From Squalus acanthias (Eukaryota), in contig CM059431.1 of assembly GCA_030390025.1 (NCBI GenBank), positions 146,756,001 through 146,820,000 on the forward strand: a stretch of DNA of 64,000 nucleotides, read 5' to 3'. Position numbers and translations under genes: made by a program. Under the pieces are notes generated by a model, which saw only the letters and a program-made list of their open reading frames with translations, had not been told where the DNA came from and searched no databases. The first letter of the stretch is position 1. Each line of letters opens with the position of its first letter. Below, in pieces: positions 1 to 11,555 of the stretch.

Positions 1-230
1 TGGAGATTGGAAGATGTGCGGCAGTTCAGGAGAGTATTGGCTTAGACATGTCTGGAGGAGACAATGATATGGATTTTGATTTGATGCCAGATGGAGCGGA
101 GCTGATCGATGTGACGCACCCTTTGTGATGGACAGGATGTAGGGGCAGAGCTCAGCTCAGGGTCAAACAGGACAGTGAGGTGGATAACAGTCCGGTTCAA
201 CCTGAGACACTGGCCAGGGAGGGGGACACG
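1..230 (-). mobile_element. L2-type LINE ORF2 fragment (decayed)
   Basis: Visibly similar to 15600-15760 of the L2 fragment in this window (ctcagctcagggtcaaacagg...tccggttcaacctgagacactggccagggag). Confidence 0.55.
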
Positions 231-294
231 TAGTGCCTGATGATCAGTTCCATTGACAGCAATAGAGCAGAATATCAGGTGCTGCGTATAACGG

Positions 295-3020
295 GAATAT
301 AGAAAATTTTAGGGGAAGTGAAAAAGGAAATAAGAGGGGCATAGAGAGTATGAAAATAGACTGGCAGCTATCATAAAATGGAATACAAAAGTCTTATATT
401 GGCATATAAATAATAAAATGGTAGTAAGAGGAGAGGTGAGGCCAATTTGGGACCAAAATGGGGATCTACACATGGAGGCAGAGGGCATGGCTGAGATGCT
501 AAATGAATACTTTGCATCTGTCTTTACCAAGGAAGAAATGCTGCCAAAGTCATAGAGAAAGAGGAGGTAGATGATATACTAGATGGGATAAAAATTGATA
601 AAGAGGGGGTAGTAGAATGGCTGGCTGTACTTAAAGTAGATAAACACCAGGACTGAATGGGATGCATCCTAGGATACGGAGGGAGGTAATGGTGGAAATT
701 GCGGAGGTACTGGCCATAATCTTCCAATCCTCTTTAGATTCGGTGTGATGCCAAAGGAAAGGAGAATTGCAAATGTTACACCCTGGTTCAAAAAAAGGCT
801 GTAAGGATAAACCCAGCAACTACAGACCAGTCAGTTTAACCCCGATAGTGGGGAAGCGTTTAAAAACGATAATCCGGGACATAAGTAGCAGTCACTTGGT
901 CAAGTGTGGATTAATTAAGGGAAGCCAGCACGGATTTGTCAAAGTCAAATCGAATATAACTAACTTGTGAAAGACGTGCGGAATTACCCCTCGTCCCGTC
1001 CAACAGGTTATAGAGTTCGGACTTTAGACTTATGTGAAATTACACCAGACACACGGGTTCTGTCTTTAACCTTTTATTGTTCCTAAAACAGATTCAAAAC
1101 CACAACCACTATTCGAGCAGTTCACCAATAATATTACAGGAAATCCTTCATAAAACCAGCCGCCGATGATCAGTCCAGCGTTGATTGTAGGTCCTCGTAC
1201 ACGGAAAGACTGACCAGGCCCCTCCTTCCACTGACTGCAGCTTGATCCTCATAGACAAGATGACTGGCCAGGCCACCTTCTTCTGACTGCAGTGCTGATT
1301 TTCTTTAGCGACTGTGTTTTATACAGATTTCCTTGTCTTTTGCATTAAATCATTCATTCAGAGATAGTAAAATTTTCCTTTAATGTTGGTCTGAGATGTT
1401 TGAGCTGTCAAACCTTTACACTCAAACATCGTGTGTGGCTATTATTCAGTTTGTCCTTATCACAGCCCAAAATTGTTCATTCACTCCTAAAGTTTACTTA
1501 CAAAGGTGACAGAGAACCACTTGGTTCGGTTCATGAGTTAGGTTGCAATTCAAAGCTTCAAAAGTTTAACTTCTCACCTCAGAAAGATCACCAGAGACAC
1601 CATGTCTACAATCTGAGAGGGTTTGTTTATTTCTGTTGACTATCACTACCCCTGCAGTAACAACCATGTTTCCTGCCTTATCAGTGAAAGATTGCTTGTT
1701 ACATTTACCAACTTTATTTCACTTTGTAAAAGCTTTTTGCCTGGCAAAGCATTTCATGAAAAATTAAAGGTCTGTATATACTTTCGACATTTGATTGAGG
1801 TTTTTGATGAGGTAACAGAGAGGGTTGATGAGGGCAATGTGCTTGATGTGGTGTACATGGACTTCCAAAAGGCGTTTGATAACGCGCCACATAATAGGAT
1901 TGCCAGAAAAGTTGAATCCCATGGAATAAAAGGGACAGTGGCAGCATGGATACGACTACACAGAGAGTAGTGGTGAATGGTTGTTTATCGGACTTGAGGA
2001 AAGTATGCAGTGGTGTTCCCCAGACAACGGCACCTGGCCCACAGCTTTACCTGATATATATTAATGACTTGGACTTGGGTGTACAGGGCCTAATTTCAAA
2101 ATTTGCAGGTAATGCAGAACTTGAAAGTATAGTGAACAGTGAGGAGGATAGTGATCGACTTCAAGAGGACATAGACAGGCTGGGGAAATGGGCGAACACG
2201 TGGCCGATGAAATTTAATGCAGAAACGTGCGAAGTGATACATTTCGGTAGGAAGAATGAGAAGAGACAATATAAACTAAAGGGTACAATTCTAAAGGGGG
2301 TGCATGAACAGAGAGACCTGGGGGTAGATGTGCACAAATCGTTGAAGGTGATAGGGCAGTTTGAGGAAGCAGTTAAAAAAACATACGGGATCCTTGTCTT
2401 AATAAATAGAGGCAGAGAGTAGAACAGCGCAGAAGTTTTGATGAACCTTTATAAAACACTGGTTTGGCCTCAACTGCAGTATTGTGTACAATTCATGGCA
2501 CCGCACTTTAGGAAGGATGTGAAGGCCTTAGAGAGAGCGCAGAAAAGATTTACAAGAATTGTTCCAGGAATGAGGGACTTCAGTTATATGGATAGGCTGG
2601 AGAAGCTGGGGGTGTTCTCCTTAGAGTAGAGAAGTTTGAGAGTAGATTTGATAGAGGAGTTCCAAATCATGAGGTGTGAAGACAGAGTAGATAGAGGGAA
2701 ACTGTTCCCATTGGCGGAAGGTTCGAGAACAAGAGGACACAGCTTTAAGGTGATTGGCAGAAGAAGCAAAGGCGATATGAGGAAAAACTTTTTTAGGCAG
2801 TGAGTGGTTAAGATGTGAAATGCACTGCCTGAAAGTGTGGAGGAAGCAGATTCAATCGTGGCTTTCAAAAGGGATTTGGATAAGTACGTGAAGGAAAAAA
2901 AAATCAGGGCTACAGGAAAGGGTAGGAGACTGGAACGAGGTGAAGTGCTCTTGCAGAGAGCCGGAACAGGCTCGACGGGCCGAATGGCACCCTTCTGTGC
3001 AGTAAATTTCTATGATTGTA
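295..3020 (+). mobile_element. CR1 LINE ORF2 (RT) through the 3' tail, decayed, interrupted by a solo LTR at 968-1789
   Basis: Peptides NYRPVSLT, SQHGFVK, DVVYMDFQKAFD, SGVPQ, YINDLD, KFAGN (from FADD), YKTLVWPQLQYCVQF. The 3' end is ...ctgtgcagtaaatttctatgatt. Multiple stops and frameshifts. Confidence 0.92.
968..1789 (-). mobile_element. Solo LTR (ERV1-like or Gypsy-like) inserted in the CR1
   Basis: TG...CA ends with imperfect terminal inverted repeats (tgaaag / ctttcgaca). Imperfect 4-bp TSD cttg (964-967) / tttg (1790-1793). CR1 is contiguous across the insert. Minus-strand TATAAAA at 1317-1323 and AATAAA at 1073-1078. Confidence 0.75.
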
Positions 3021-3478
3021 CAATTGTCCTTTTAATGGAATAGCACTTTGCAATATAATAGTATGTTGCAATGGAATAGCACTTTGCAATATAATAGTAT
3101 GTTGCAATGGAATAGACATTTGCAATATAATAGTCCTTTGCAATGAAATAGCATTTTGCAATATAATAGTCCTTTGCAATGGAATATCACTTTGCAATAT
3201 AATTGCACTTTGCAACGAAATAGTGCCTTGCAATGGAATATTGCTTTGCAATGGAATAGCACTTTGCAATGGAATAGTCCTGTTTAATGGAATAGCATTT
3301 TGCAATATAATAGTTTTTTGCAATGGAGTAGCATTTTGAATTATAATAGTCCTTTGCAATATAATAGCCCTTTACGAATGGAATATCACTTTGCAATGGA
3401 GTTTCACTTTGCAATATAATAGCCCTTTACCAATGGAACATCATTCTGCAATGGAATATCACTTTGCAATATAATTAC
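3021..3478. repeat. 18-bp minisatellite with alternating variants (tgcaatggaatagcactt / tgcaatataatagtcctt), ~25 units
   Basis: Read directly; begins right after the CR1 tail. Confidence 0.9.
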
Positions 3479-4598
3479 GCGTTGCGGTGGACTGTCACTT
3501 TAAATGGACGCGTAGCTTGTGTTGCACAGAACGGGGTCCCACTCCGTCCGCACAGCTGCTATGTGTGGCCATTGTCTGGAGCCGCTCACAGGCTGTGCTG
3601 TTGCTCACAAACGCATCCAAGCAGGCAGCACATGGTGCAGGAAGCAAGGAAGGAATGGCGGCTGCAGCTCGCTAGCTCGGCTCCTGTGTGAGTGAGTGAG
3701 TGAGTGTGAAGCTCAGGACCACAAGGGGCTGAGGAAGTGGCCTGGGGGATTGGAGGTGGTGAACAGGCATGTTGGGTGTGATTGGCGCCCCAGGAGATGG
3801 GCACGGAGGGAGGGTGAAAAGAAGAAAATATAATCAAGAATCTAATAATAACATATATACTTTAATTCTGTAAACAACATATCTGTCTGTGATTTGAGTG
3901 GAGTGGAATAAAATGAATGGAAATATCCCACAGCAGCTTTTGCTCTGAAAACATTCCACAAATATTCCCCAAAAAAGCCCAGTCCAGAAAAAAATCAAGT
4001 AGATTTATTATTCTGAAAGTAATAAAAAAGTAAACATAATATATATAGTTTGCTTTTACAAAAGTCTTGTCTTGTATTGGTTGGGTTGGGAATGAAAGGG
4101 AGAGTAAGATCCCACAGCAGGATATGCTCTGACAAACCCCACAAACATTCCCCTATAAAGTCCAGTCCAGAAAAAAAATCAAATGGCTTGATGTATATAT
4201 GTAGCTTTAATTTTTACAAAAGTCTTGAAAGAAAGGCAAAGTAAGATCCCACAGCAGCACGGCCTGGAATGAAATCAGTATGATCCAATGGTGTATACAT
4301 TCTGTTTTTTCCAGCCATGAGATGCAGTGCCAATGCACACGGCAGGTAACTTGAAATCAGACAAGCCCTGCATACACACGAGCTTTTGCTGTCTGTCTGT
4401 CTCTCTCGCTCTCTCTCACACACAGACACACACACACACAGGCAAGCCTGCAAAATTGCTACACAACACTGTCAGCAATGAAAGAAAGTTGTTTTACATC
4501 ATTGCTCTGCTGTGTTTGGCAGTTTAACAGTTGAAAAACTTTTCAGTATCTTCTCTTTCCATTTTGCGGCCTACAGAAAAAGGCTCTCTATTCTGCAT

Positions 4599-4847
4599 CA
4601 AAAGCAAAATATTGTGGAAGTGGGAAATCTGAAATAAAAACAGAAAATGCTTGAAATGCTCAGTAGTTCAAGCAGCAACTGTTGAGAGAGAGAAAAACAG
4701 AATTAATGTTTCAGGTTTGTGACCTGTCATCAGAACATTGCCAGAATCTGACGAAAGGTCATCGAGCTGAATTAACTCTGTTTCTCTCTCTCTCCACAGT
4801 TGCTGCCTGACCTGCTGAGTATTTCCAACATTTTCTATTTTGATTTC
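4599..4847. mobile_element. Palindromic Penelope-type terminal-repeat mini-element with degenerate hammerhead motifs (copy A)
   Basis: ~100-bp inverted arms. TSD tattctgcat (4589-4598) / tgttctgcat (4848-4857). CTGACGA at 4748. Confidence 0.75.
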
Positions 4848-6058
4848 TGTTCTGCATAGTGTCTTGATTTCATATGTCTCTCACTGCGTGCCTGGTCTCA
4901 ATTTGAGTGGAGTGGAATAAAAAGAATGAAAAAATCCCATAGCAGCTTTTACTATCTGACGCTCCACAACATATTTTTCAGTGTCTTATCCTTTTACTTT
5001 GCGGCCTACAGCAACAGGCTTTCTATTCTGCATCTTGCCTTTTGATTTCATGTATTTCCCTCTCACTGATTGTCTGTGTGTCTCTCTCTCACACACATAC
5101 TCTCCCTCCCATCCACTTTGAACTAAAATTTACAGTGACATGACACACAGACTCACACAGACTCTGCAATTTGCAGAAACTGACACTCACACACGCACAC
5201 ATTCACTTTGAAAGTAATGTAGCCTGGGAGTGTCAATTTTTGATGAGAAATCCGGGCCCCTGAGAGGAAATGAAAGCCTGAGAGAGTGAAAAGAAGTAAA
5301 TACAATGAGGAATAAATAATATATTTATACTTTACTTTTGTTAACTAAATGGCTGCATGTCTGTGATTTGCATGGAGTGGAATAAAATGAATGGAAAGAT
5401 CCCACAGCAGCTTTTGCTCTGAAAACGCCCCAAGCACATTCCCCAATAAAGCCCAGTCCAGAAAAAAATTCAAATGGATAATTCTGAATATAATTTTAAA
5501 AATATAACATATACTCATTTTTTTACAAAAGTCCTGTTTTGTTTGTGTTGGGCTGAAGGGGAGAGTAAGATCCCACAACAGGAAATGCCATGAAACACTT
5601 CACAAACATTCCCCTATAAAGTCCAGTCCAGAAAAATATCAAATGGCTTGATGTATATATGTAGCCTTGCTTTTTACAAAATTCTTGAGAGAAAGACAAA
5701 GTAGGATCTCACAGCAGTACAGAATGGAATGACATCAGTATGTTCTGATGGTGTATACATTCTGTTTTTTTCAGGCATGAGATGCAGTACCAAAGCACAC
5801 GGCAGGTAACTTGAACACAGACAGGCCCTGCATACACACCAGCTTTTGCTGTCTGTCTGTCTGTCTCTCTCTCTCACACACACCCACACACAAACACAGG
5901 CCAGCCTGCAAAATAGCCACAAAACACTTTCAGCAATGAAAGAAAGTTGATTTATATCATTCCTCTGCTGTGTTCATCAGTTTAAAAGCAAACAGACACT
6001 TTTCAGTATCTTATCTTTTAATTTTGCGGCCTACAGAAACAGGCTTTCTATTCTGCAT

Positions 6059-6308
6059 CAAAAGCAAATGCTGTGTATGTGGGAAATCTGAAATTAAAAC
6101 AGAAAATGTTGAAATACTCAGCAGGTCAGGCAGCATCTGTGGAGAGAGAGAGAAACAGCGTTGATATTTCAGCTCGATTACCTTTCGTCAGATTCTGGCA
6201 AGGTTCTGATGAAAGGTCATCGACCTAACACATTTACTCTGTTTCTCTCTCTCGCCACAGATGCTGCCTAACCTACTGAGTATTTCCAGCATTTTCTGTT
6301 TTTATTTC
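6059..6308. mobile_element. Palindromic Penelope-type mini-element with hammerhead motifs (copy B)
   Basis: Inverted arms. TSD tattctgcat at 6049-6058 and 6309-6318. CTGATGA on + and CTGACGA...GAAA on -. Confidence 0.78.
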
Positions 6309-7798
6309 TATTCTGCATGTTGTCTTGATTTTGTGTGTCTCTCTCTCTGCCTGCCTGACTTGTCTTGATTTGAGTGGAGTGGAATAAAAAGAATGCAAAG
6401 ATGCCACAGCAGCTTTTACTGTAAGACAGTCCACAAAGAAACTTTTCAATATCTCACTGACTTGAAGTGAAGTGAAATAAAGTGCAATGAAGTGATACAC
6501 AACACCATTACATGTGGATCAGTCCAGAATGAAATAAATCGGGTTTAATACAACAACAGCAGCTAATAAAACACCAGACCACATCTCACACAAACACCTG
6601 CTTTTGCCCTCTCTCTCTCTCACACACACACATACACACCATGGCCAGCGTGCAGAAGGATAACTGTTGTGTTGGAAGATTAAAACCAAAAAGACACTTT
6701 TCAGTACCTTATCCTTCCACTTTGTGGCAGACAGAAACAGTGTTTCTATTCTGCAACTTGCCTTTTGATTTCATGTCTCTCGCTCACTGACGGTCTCTCT
6801 GTCTGTCACTCACACAGTCTCCCTCCCACCCATATTGAACTAAAGTTTACATTAACATGACACACACACTCAAACAGACACTGAAATTTTCAGAATCACA
6901 GAAACCGACACGCATACAGACACACTCACACAGACTCTGCAATTTGCAGAAACACAGACACCCACGCACATACATACGCACTCACACAGACTCTGCAGTT
7001 TGCAGAAACTCACACTCACATATATTTTGAAAGATGTGCAATCTGGGAATGTCAATTTTTGATGATGTCCCTTCCTGGCTGTGCGGCCATGTTTAATGAG
7101 GACAAGCAAAGAGGAAGAAGTGAAGCCGAGGCCACAGAAATCCGGTTCCCCGAGAGGACATGAAAGCCCGCGAGAGTGAAAATAAGTAAATGCAATCAGG
7201 AATAAATAATAATATATATACTTTACTTTTGTTAACTAAATGTCTGCCTATCAGTGGTTTGCCTGGAGTGTAATAAAATGAATGGAAAGATCCCACAGCA
7301 GCATTTGCTCTGTAAACATCCCAAGCACATCCCCCAATAAAGCCCAGTCCAAAAAAAAAATGGTTATTCTGAAAATATTTAAAAAAAATATAATATATAT
7401 ATTTTTTTAAAGAAGTCTTGTCTTGTTTGGGTTCGGCTGAAGGGGAGAGTAAGATCACACAGCAGGATATGACATGAAACACTCCACAAACATTACTCCA
7501 TAAAGTCCAATCCAGAAAAATATCAAATGGCTTGATGTATATATGTAGCGTTGCTTTTTACAAAATTCATGAAGAAAGGCAAGGTAAGATCCCACAGCAG
7601 CAGTGTCTGGAATGAAATCAGTATGATCTAATGGTATATACATTCTTTTTTTTGCAGACATGAGATGTTGTACCAATGCACACGGCAGATAACTTGAACA
7701 CAGACAAGCACTGCATACACACCAGCTTTTCCTGTCTGTCTCTCTCTCTCTCTCACACACACACACAAACAGGCCTTGCTGCAAAATTGCCACAAAAC

Positions 7799-8202
7799 AC
7801 TCCTCACTGGGAGAGACACACACTGTACATAGAGACACCTGTTACAGGGTCCGACTCCTCACTGGGAGATACACACACTGTACACTGGGACACTTCTTAC
7901 AGAGCCCGAATATTCACTGGGAGAGACACAAACTGTACACAGGGACACTTGTTGCAGGTTCCATCTCCTCACTGGGAGAGACACACACTGTACACAGGGA
8001 CACTGGTTACAGAGTCTGACTCCTCACTGGGAGAGACACACAGTGTACACAGGGACACTGGTTACACAGTCTGACTCCTCACTGGCAGAGACACACAGTG
8101 TACACAGGGACACGTGTTACAGAGTCTGACTCCTCACTGGGAGAGACACACTGTACACAGGGACACTTGTTACAGAGTCTGACTCCTCTTTGTGAGAGAC
8201 AC
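7799..8202. repeat. 55-bp minisatellite (~7.4 units) downstream of the NLR stop codon
   Basis: The unit actcctcactgggagagacacac... starts at 7799, 7854, 7909, 7964, 8019, 8074, 8129 and 8182. Confidence 0.92.
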
Positions 8203-8413
8203 CCAGGAATACTGAGTGCAATTGTCAGTGTCCCACAGCAGCCCAGACTGAGCCCCACCCAGGGCCCTTCCTGTCTGTGCATTTCCCCAGTTCCCCATTG
8301 GGGAAGATTCAGCCCCGGATATCCTGCAGAAACAGCGTTGTGGGGCGGGGCAACTGGGTCTCGTGACCCTGTGTCTGGCCCTCTGACATCACAATGGGAG
8401 ATGACGCGCGCTC

Positions 8414-8501
8414 TCACACATCCACTCTCAGTCTGGGTCTGGATTCCTGCAGCGACTCCAGGAGTCTCTTTCCATTTGAACTGAACTCATTCCCCCACAG
8501 C
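8414..8501 (-). CDS. NLR gene, last coding exon (LRR cap LWGNEFSSNGKRLLESLQESRPRLRVDV*)
   Basis: Acceptor tttcag|G, phase 2 matches the previous exon, TGA at 8414-8416. Confidence 0.8.
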
Positions 8502-8673
8502 CTGAAACAGATTAAAGATTAAGCAGGAAATGAACAAATTGAACAACAGTTTGAATAACAGAGAGACTGGGCTTAATAATTCAGTAATAATATCAGACAA
8601 ATGTTACCCATAAATGTCACTGAATCCCATTGATATTTTATTTATTACATTAAACATTAACACAAACACTCAC

Positions 8674-8841
8674 CGGATCCGCTCCAGACTCCTGCAGGTC
8701 TGTATGAAGCGGCTGAGAGCGGGGACAGACCGGTCTGTGAAGGAGTTTGATCCCAGGGACAGATCCGTCAGTGAGCGGTTTGTACTGAGAGCGGAGGCGA
8801 GATCCTCGGCACAAGAATCTGTGAGACCGACATCACATAGC
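8674..8841 (-). CDS. NLR gene, LRR exon (168 nt)
   Basis: ccccag| ... |gtgagt; LCDVGLTDSCAEDLASALSTNRSLTDLSLGSNSFTD is an RI-type LRR; phase 2-2. Confidence 0.9.
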
Positions 8842-8981
8842 CTGGGGAACAGAGAGAGAAATAACAGGAATCAGAGTAACCTCCAGAGTTTCTTAATAAC
8901 ACTATTACTGATACTAATAAAAATGTTCAGTGTCAGACATTCAGTTATTATAAACACAATCTCACACCGTCTGGTACTTAC

Positions 8982-9152
8982 TCCAGTTCCTGTATTTTAC
9001 AGGTCGGGTTCCTCAAAGCCGCAGACAGTAGTTTCACTCCGGAATCTCCCAGTTTATTATAACCCAGGCCCAGAACCGTCAGTGAGCGGTTTGTACTGAG
9101 AGCGGAGGCGAGATCCTCGGCACAAGAATTTGTGAGACCGTTATTATACTGC
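8982..9152 (-). CDS. NLR gene, LRR exon (171 nt)
   Basis: ccccag| ... |gtaagt; NNGLTNSCAEDLASAL...LGYNKLGDSGVKLLSAAL; classic 171-nt phase 2-2 RI-like LRR exon. Confidence 0.92.
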
Positions 9153-9293
9153 CTGGGGATCAGAGAGAGAGAAATAACAGGAATCAGAGTAAATCCCCAG
9201 AGTTTATGAATAACACTATTACTGATACTAATAATAATGTACAGTGTCGGACATCCAGTTATTATAAACACAATCTCACAGTCTGGTACTTAC

Positions 9294-9380
9294 TCCAGTT
9301 TCTGCATTTTACAGTCCGGTTCCCTCAGAGCCGCAGACAACAGTTTCATTCCTGAATCTCCCAGTTCATTGCCGCTCAGT
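9294..9380 (-). CDS. NLR gene, LRR exon (87 nt)
   Basis: gtttag| ... |gtaagt; LSGNELGDSGMKLLSAALREPDCKMQKLE; phase 2-2. Confidence 0.9.
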
Positions 9381-9489
9381 CTAAACACAGGGAGAAACAA
9401 ACGGAATCAAACTCCGGATCTGATATATTTTTCTCTCTCGGATATTGGAAAAATCACTGAAAGTACTTCAGGACATTAATAACCCAGTT

Positions 9490-10610
9490 TTCTACCGCGA
9501 TTTCCCCACTGGGCGGGTCGGGTGCGGCCGCGATCGGTGGCGTGTCGGGTGCGGCCGCGGTCGTTGGCGGGTCGGGTGCGGCCTGGGTCGGTTTCGGGGC
9601 GGGAGGGGTCGGGGTCGGTGGCGGGTCGCGGCCTCGCTCTGGAGAATTGGAGGAAGCGGGTTTCATGACGTCATTTGATGACGCGCACATTGAGTTTGAC
9701 CATTGTGATGTCAGTGTTCTACAGTATTGAGGTGCTGCAAACACTGACAACCTCTGCACAGAGGAGCACGGCTGCACCCAGGCTCTCCCATAACTCCCTC
9801 CATATGCTTATGGAGGGAGCCACCGCACGCAGGGAGGTTCTCTTCACTTCCAATGAGCGGAAGAGACCAACACAGCCTGGTTGCACAATGCAAAGTGGGG
9901 CTCAAGCAGGGATGTCGTCAGGAGGACCAGGCTGCAGTGGCGCAAATCTTTCAATGATCTCAGTAGATCACGAAACGTTACTGCAAAGCCACCCTCAATC
10001 TCATCCTGCTGTGCCACTCATCACATACCCATCACTCTGCCTTCCCTACCCTACTCCTGCACATTCAAACTCACACTAACTTACCCTGCACCTCCACCCG
10101 TCCCTCTCTCTCTATATTATCACATCACCAACTCACTAACCACCCCTCAGACTCTCCCTCAACCTAGTCCAAACATATCAACTAACAACACACAAGGGTT
10201 GGCAATTATGTGTTTTAGCCAATGTTCCCGTGAAGTTTCTGTTGTGTGCACCTTTGAATATGGCATAGTGAGTTGCAGTGAATAGGTGAGACATAACGGT
10301 ACCACACGCAATGCTTATGAGTGTAACAGGAATGGTTTGGACATTGCAGGGATGCTTTATGTTGTTGGAGCGGGCTGCGGCAACCTGGTGCATAATGTGG
10401 GATCCAGGACGTGCAGCGTCAATGAAGATAATCTGGCCATGGTGAGGCCATCTCTGGCATCCCGGTCAGCAATGTGGACGAGAGTTGATGCCCTCTGTGC
10501 TGTGCAGCATCAGGAGTTGTGGAATGGGTTGGTGTTGTTGTTGGTGCTGCTGGTGTGTCTGGTGCTGCAGGTGTTGGGGCTGATGGTGGTGGGACTCTGA
10601 GGATCAAGGT
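9490..10610 (+). mobile_element. PIF/Harbinger-type DNA transposon relic with a Myb/SANT-like ORF remnant and a GC-rich 27-bp repeat (9511-9635)
   Basis: Peptides APRLSHNSLHMLMEGATARREVLF and VRRTRLQWRKSFNDL resemble Harbinger Myb/SANT proteins. 10260-10610 is homologous to 20805-21130. Confidence 0.6.
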
Positions 10611-11330
10611 GAGACAGTCGAAACTATACGGACTGAATGGGGGTGTTCTGCAAAGTAGTCACCCAATCTGCGTTTCATCTCCCCAATGTAGACGAGACCA
10701 CATCATGAGCAGTGAATACAGTATACTAAATTGCAAGAAATACAAGTAAATCGCTGTTTTACCTGGAAGGAGTGTTTGGGGCCCTGGACACTGGGTAGGG
10801 AGGAAGTAAAAGGGGATGTGATGCATCTCCTGTGCTTGCATGGGAAGTTGCCGGGCGAAGGGGAAGGGATGTTGGGGTTGATTGAGGAGTGGACCAGGGT
10901 GTCGTGCAGCGAGCGGTTCCTTCAGAGTACTGAAAGGGGAGGTGAGGGGAAGATATGTTTGGTGGTGGGATCACGCTGGACGTGGTGGAAATGGCGGAGG
11001 ATGATCCGTTGAATGCGGAGGCCGGTGGGGTGAAAGGTGAGGACAAGGGGAACCGTATCGTGGTTCCGGGAAAGAGGGGAAGGGGTGAGAGCAGAAGTGC
11101 GGGAAATAGAATGGACACGGTCAAGAGCCGTGTCAGCCACGGTAGAGGAGAATCTCGGTTTAGGAAATAAGGAAGACATGTCGGAAGCACTAGTATGGAA
11201 CGTGGCATCTTCAGAGCAGATGCGGCAGAGAGGGAAAATCTGGGAGAATGCACCAGCCTCCTTACAGGAAGCGAGGTGGGAGGAAGTGTATTCCAGTTAG
11301 CTGTGGCAGTCAGAGGGCTTATAGTGAATA

Positions 11331-11555
11331 CAGAAAATGCTGGAAATACTCAGCAGGTCAGGCAGCATCTGTGCAGACAGGAACAGAGTTAACGTTTCAG
11401 GTCGATGACCTTTCGTCAGAACGGTGAGGAAGGGTCAGCGACCTGAAACGTTAACTCTGTTTCTTTCTCCACAGATTCTGCCTGAGCTGCTGAGTATTTT
11501 CAGCATTTTCTGTTTTTATTTCAGATTCCAGCAGCCGCAGTATTTTGCTTGCGGT
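11331..11555. mobile_element. Palindromic mini-element inserted into the Penelope fragment (copy C)
   Basis: Inverted arms. 12-bp TSD ttatagtgaata at 11319-11330 and 11556-11567. Confidence 0.82.
11388..11422 (-). ncRNA. Minimal type I hammerhead ribozyme motif (Penelope-associated type)
   Basis: Minus strand reads GUU-CUGACGA-A-AGGUC-AUC-GACCU-GAAAC-GUU-AAC: intact core, 5-bp helix II, helix I GUU/AAC, and a palindromic helix III (ACGU). Confidence 0.72.

Larger units (their letters stand above)
3811..7800. repeat. Tandem triplication of a ~1.5-1.9 kb non-coding unit (starts ~3811, ~5281, ~7171; third copy truncated)
   Basis: Shared blocks gagtggaataaaatgaatggaaa(g/t)atcccacagcagc, aaagcccagtccag and gcacacggcag occur in the same order in each copy. 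Confidence 0.85.

Noticed and set aside
2910..3414. Cys/Ile-rich periodic ORFs (antifreeze-like or beta-helix-like)
   Set aside because: They come from an 18-bp minisatellite and are open on both strands, with no gene context.
4599..4847. pre-miRNA or classical MITE interpretation of the long hairpins
   Set aside because: Variable-length TSDs, asymmetric and single-arm copies, and hammerhead cores fit Penelope-type retroposition better.
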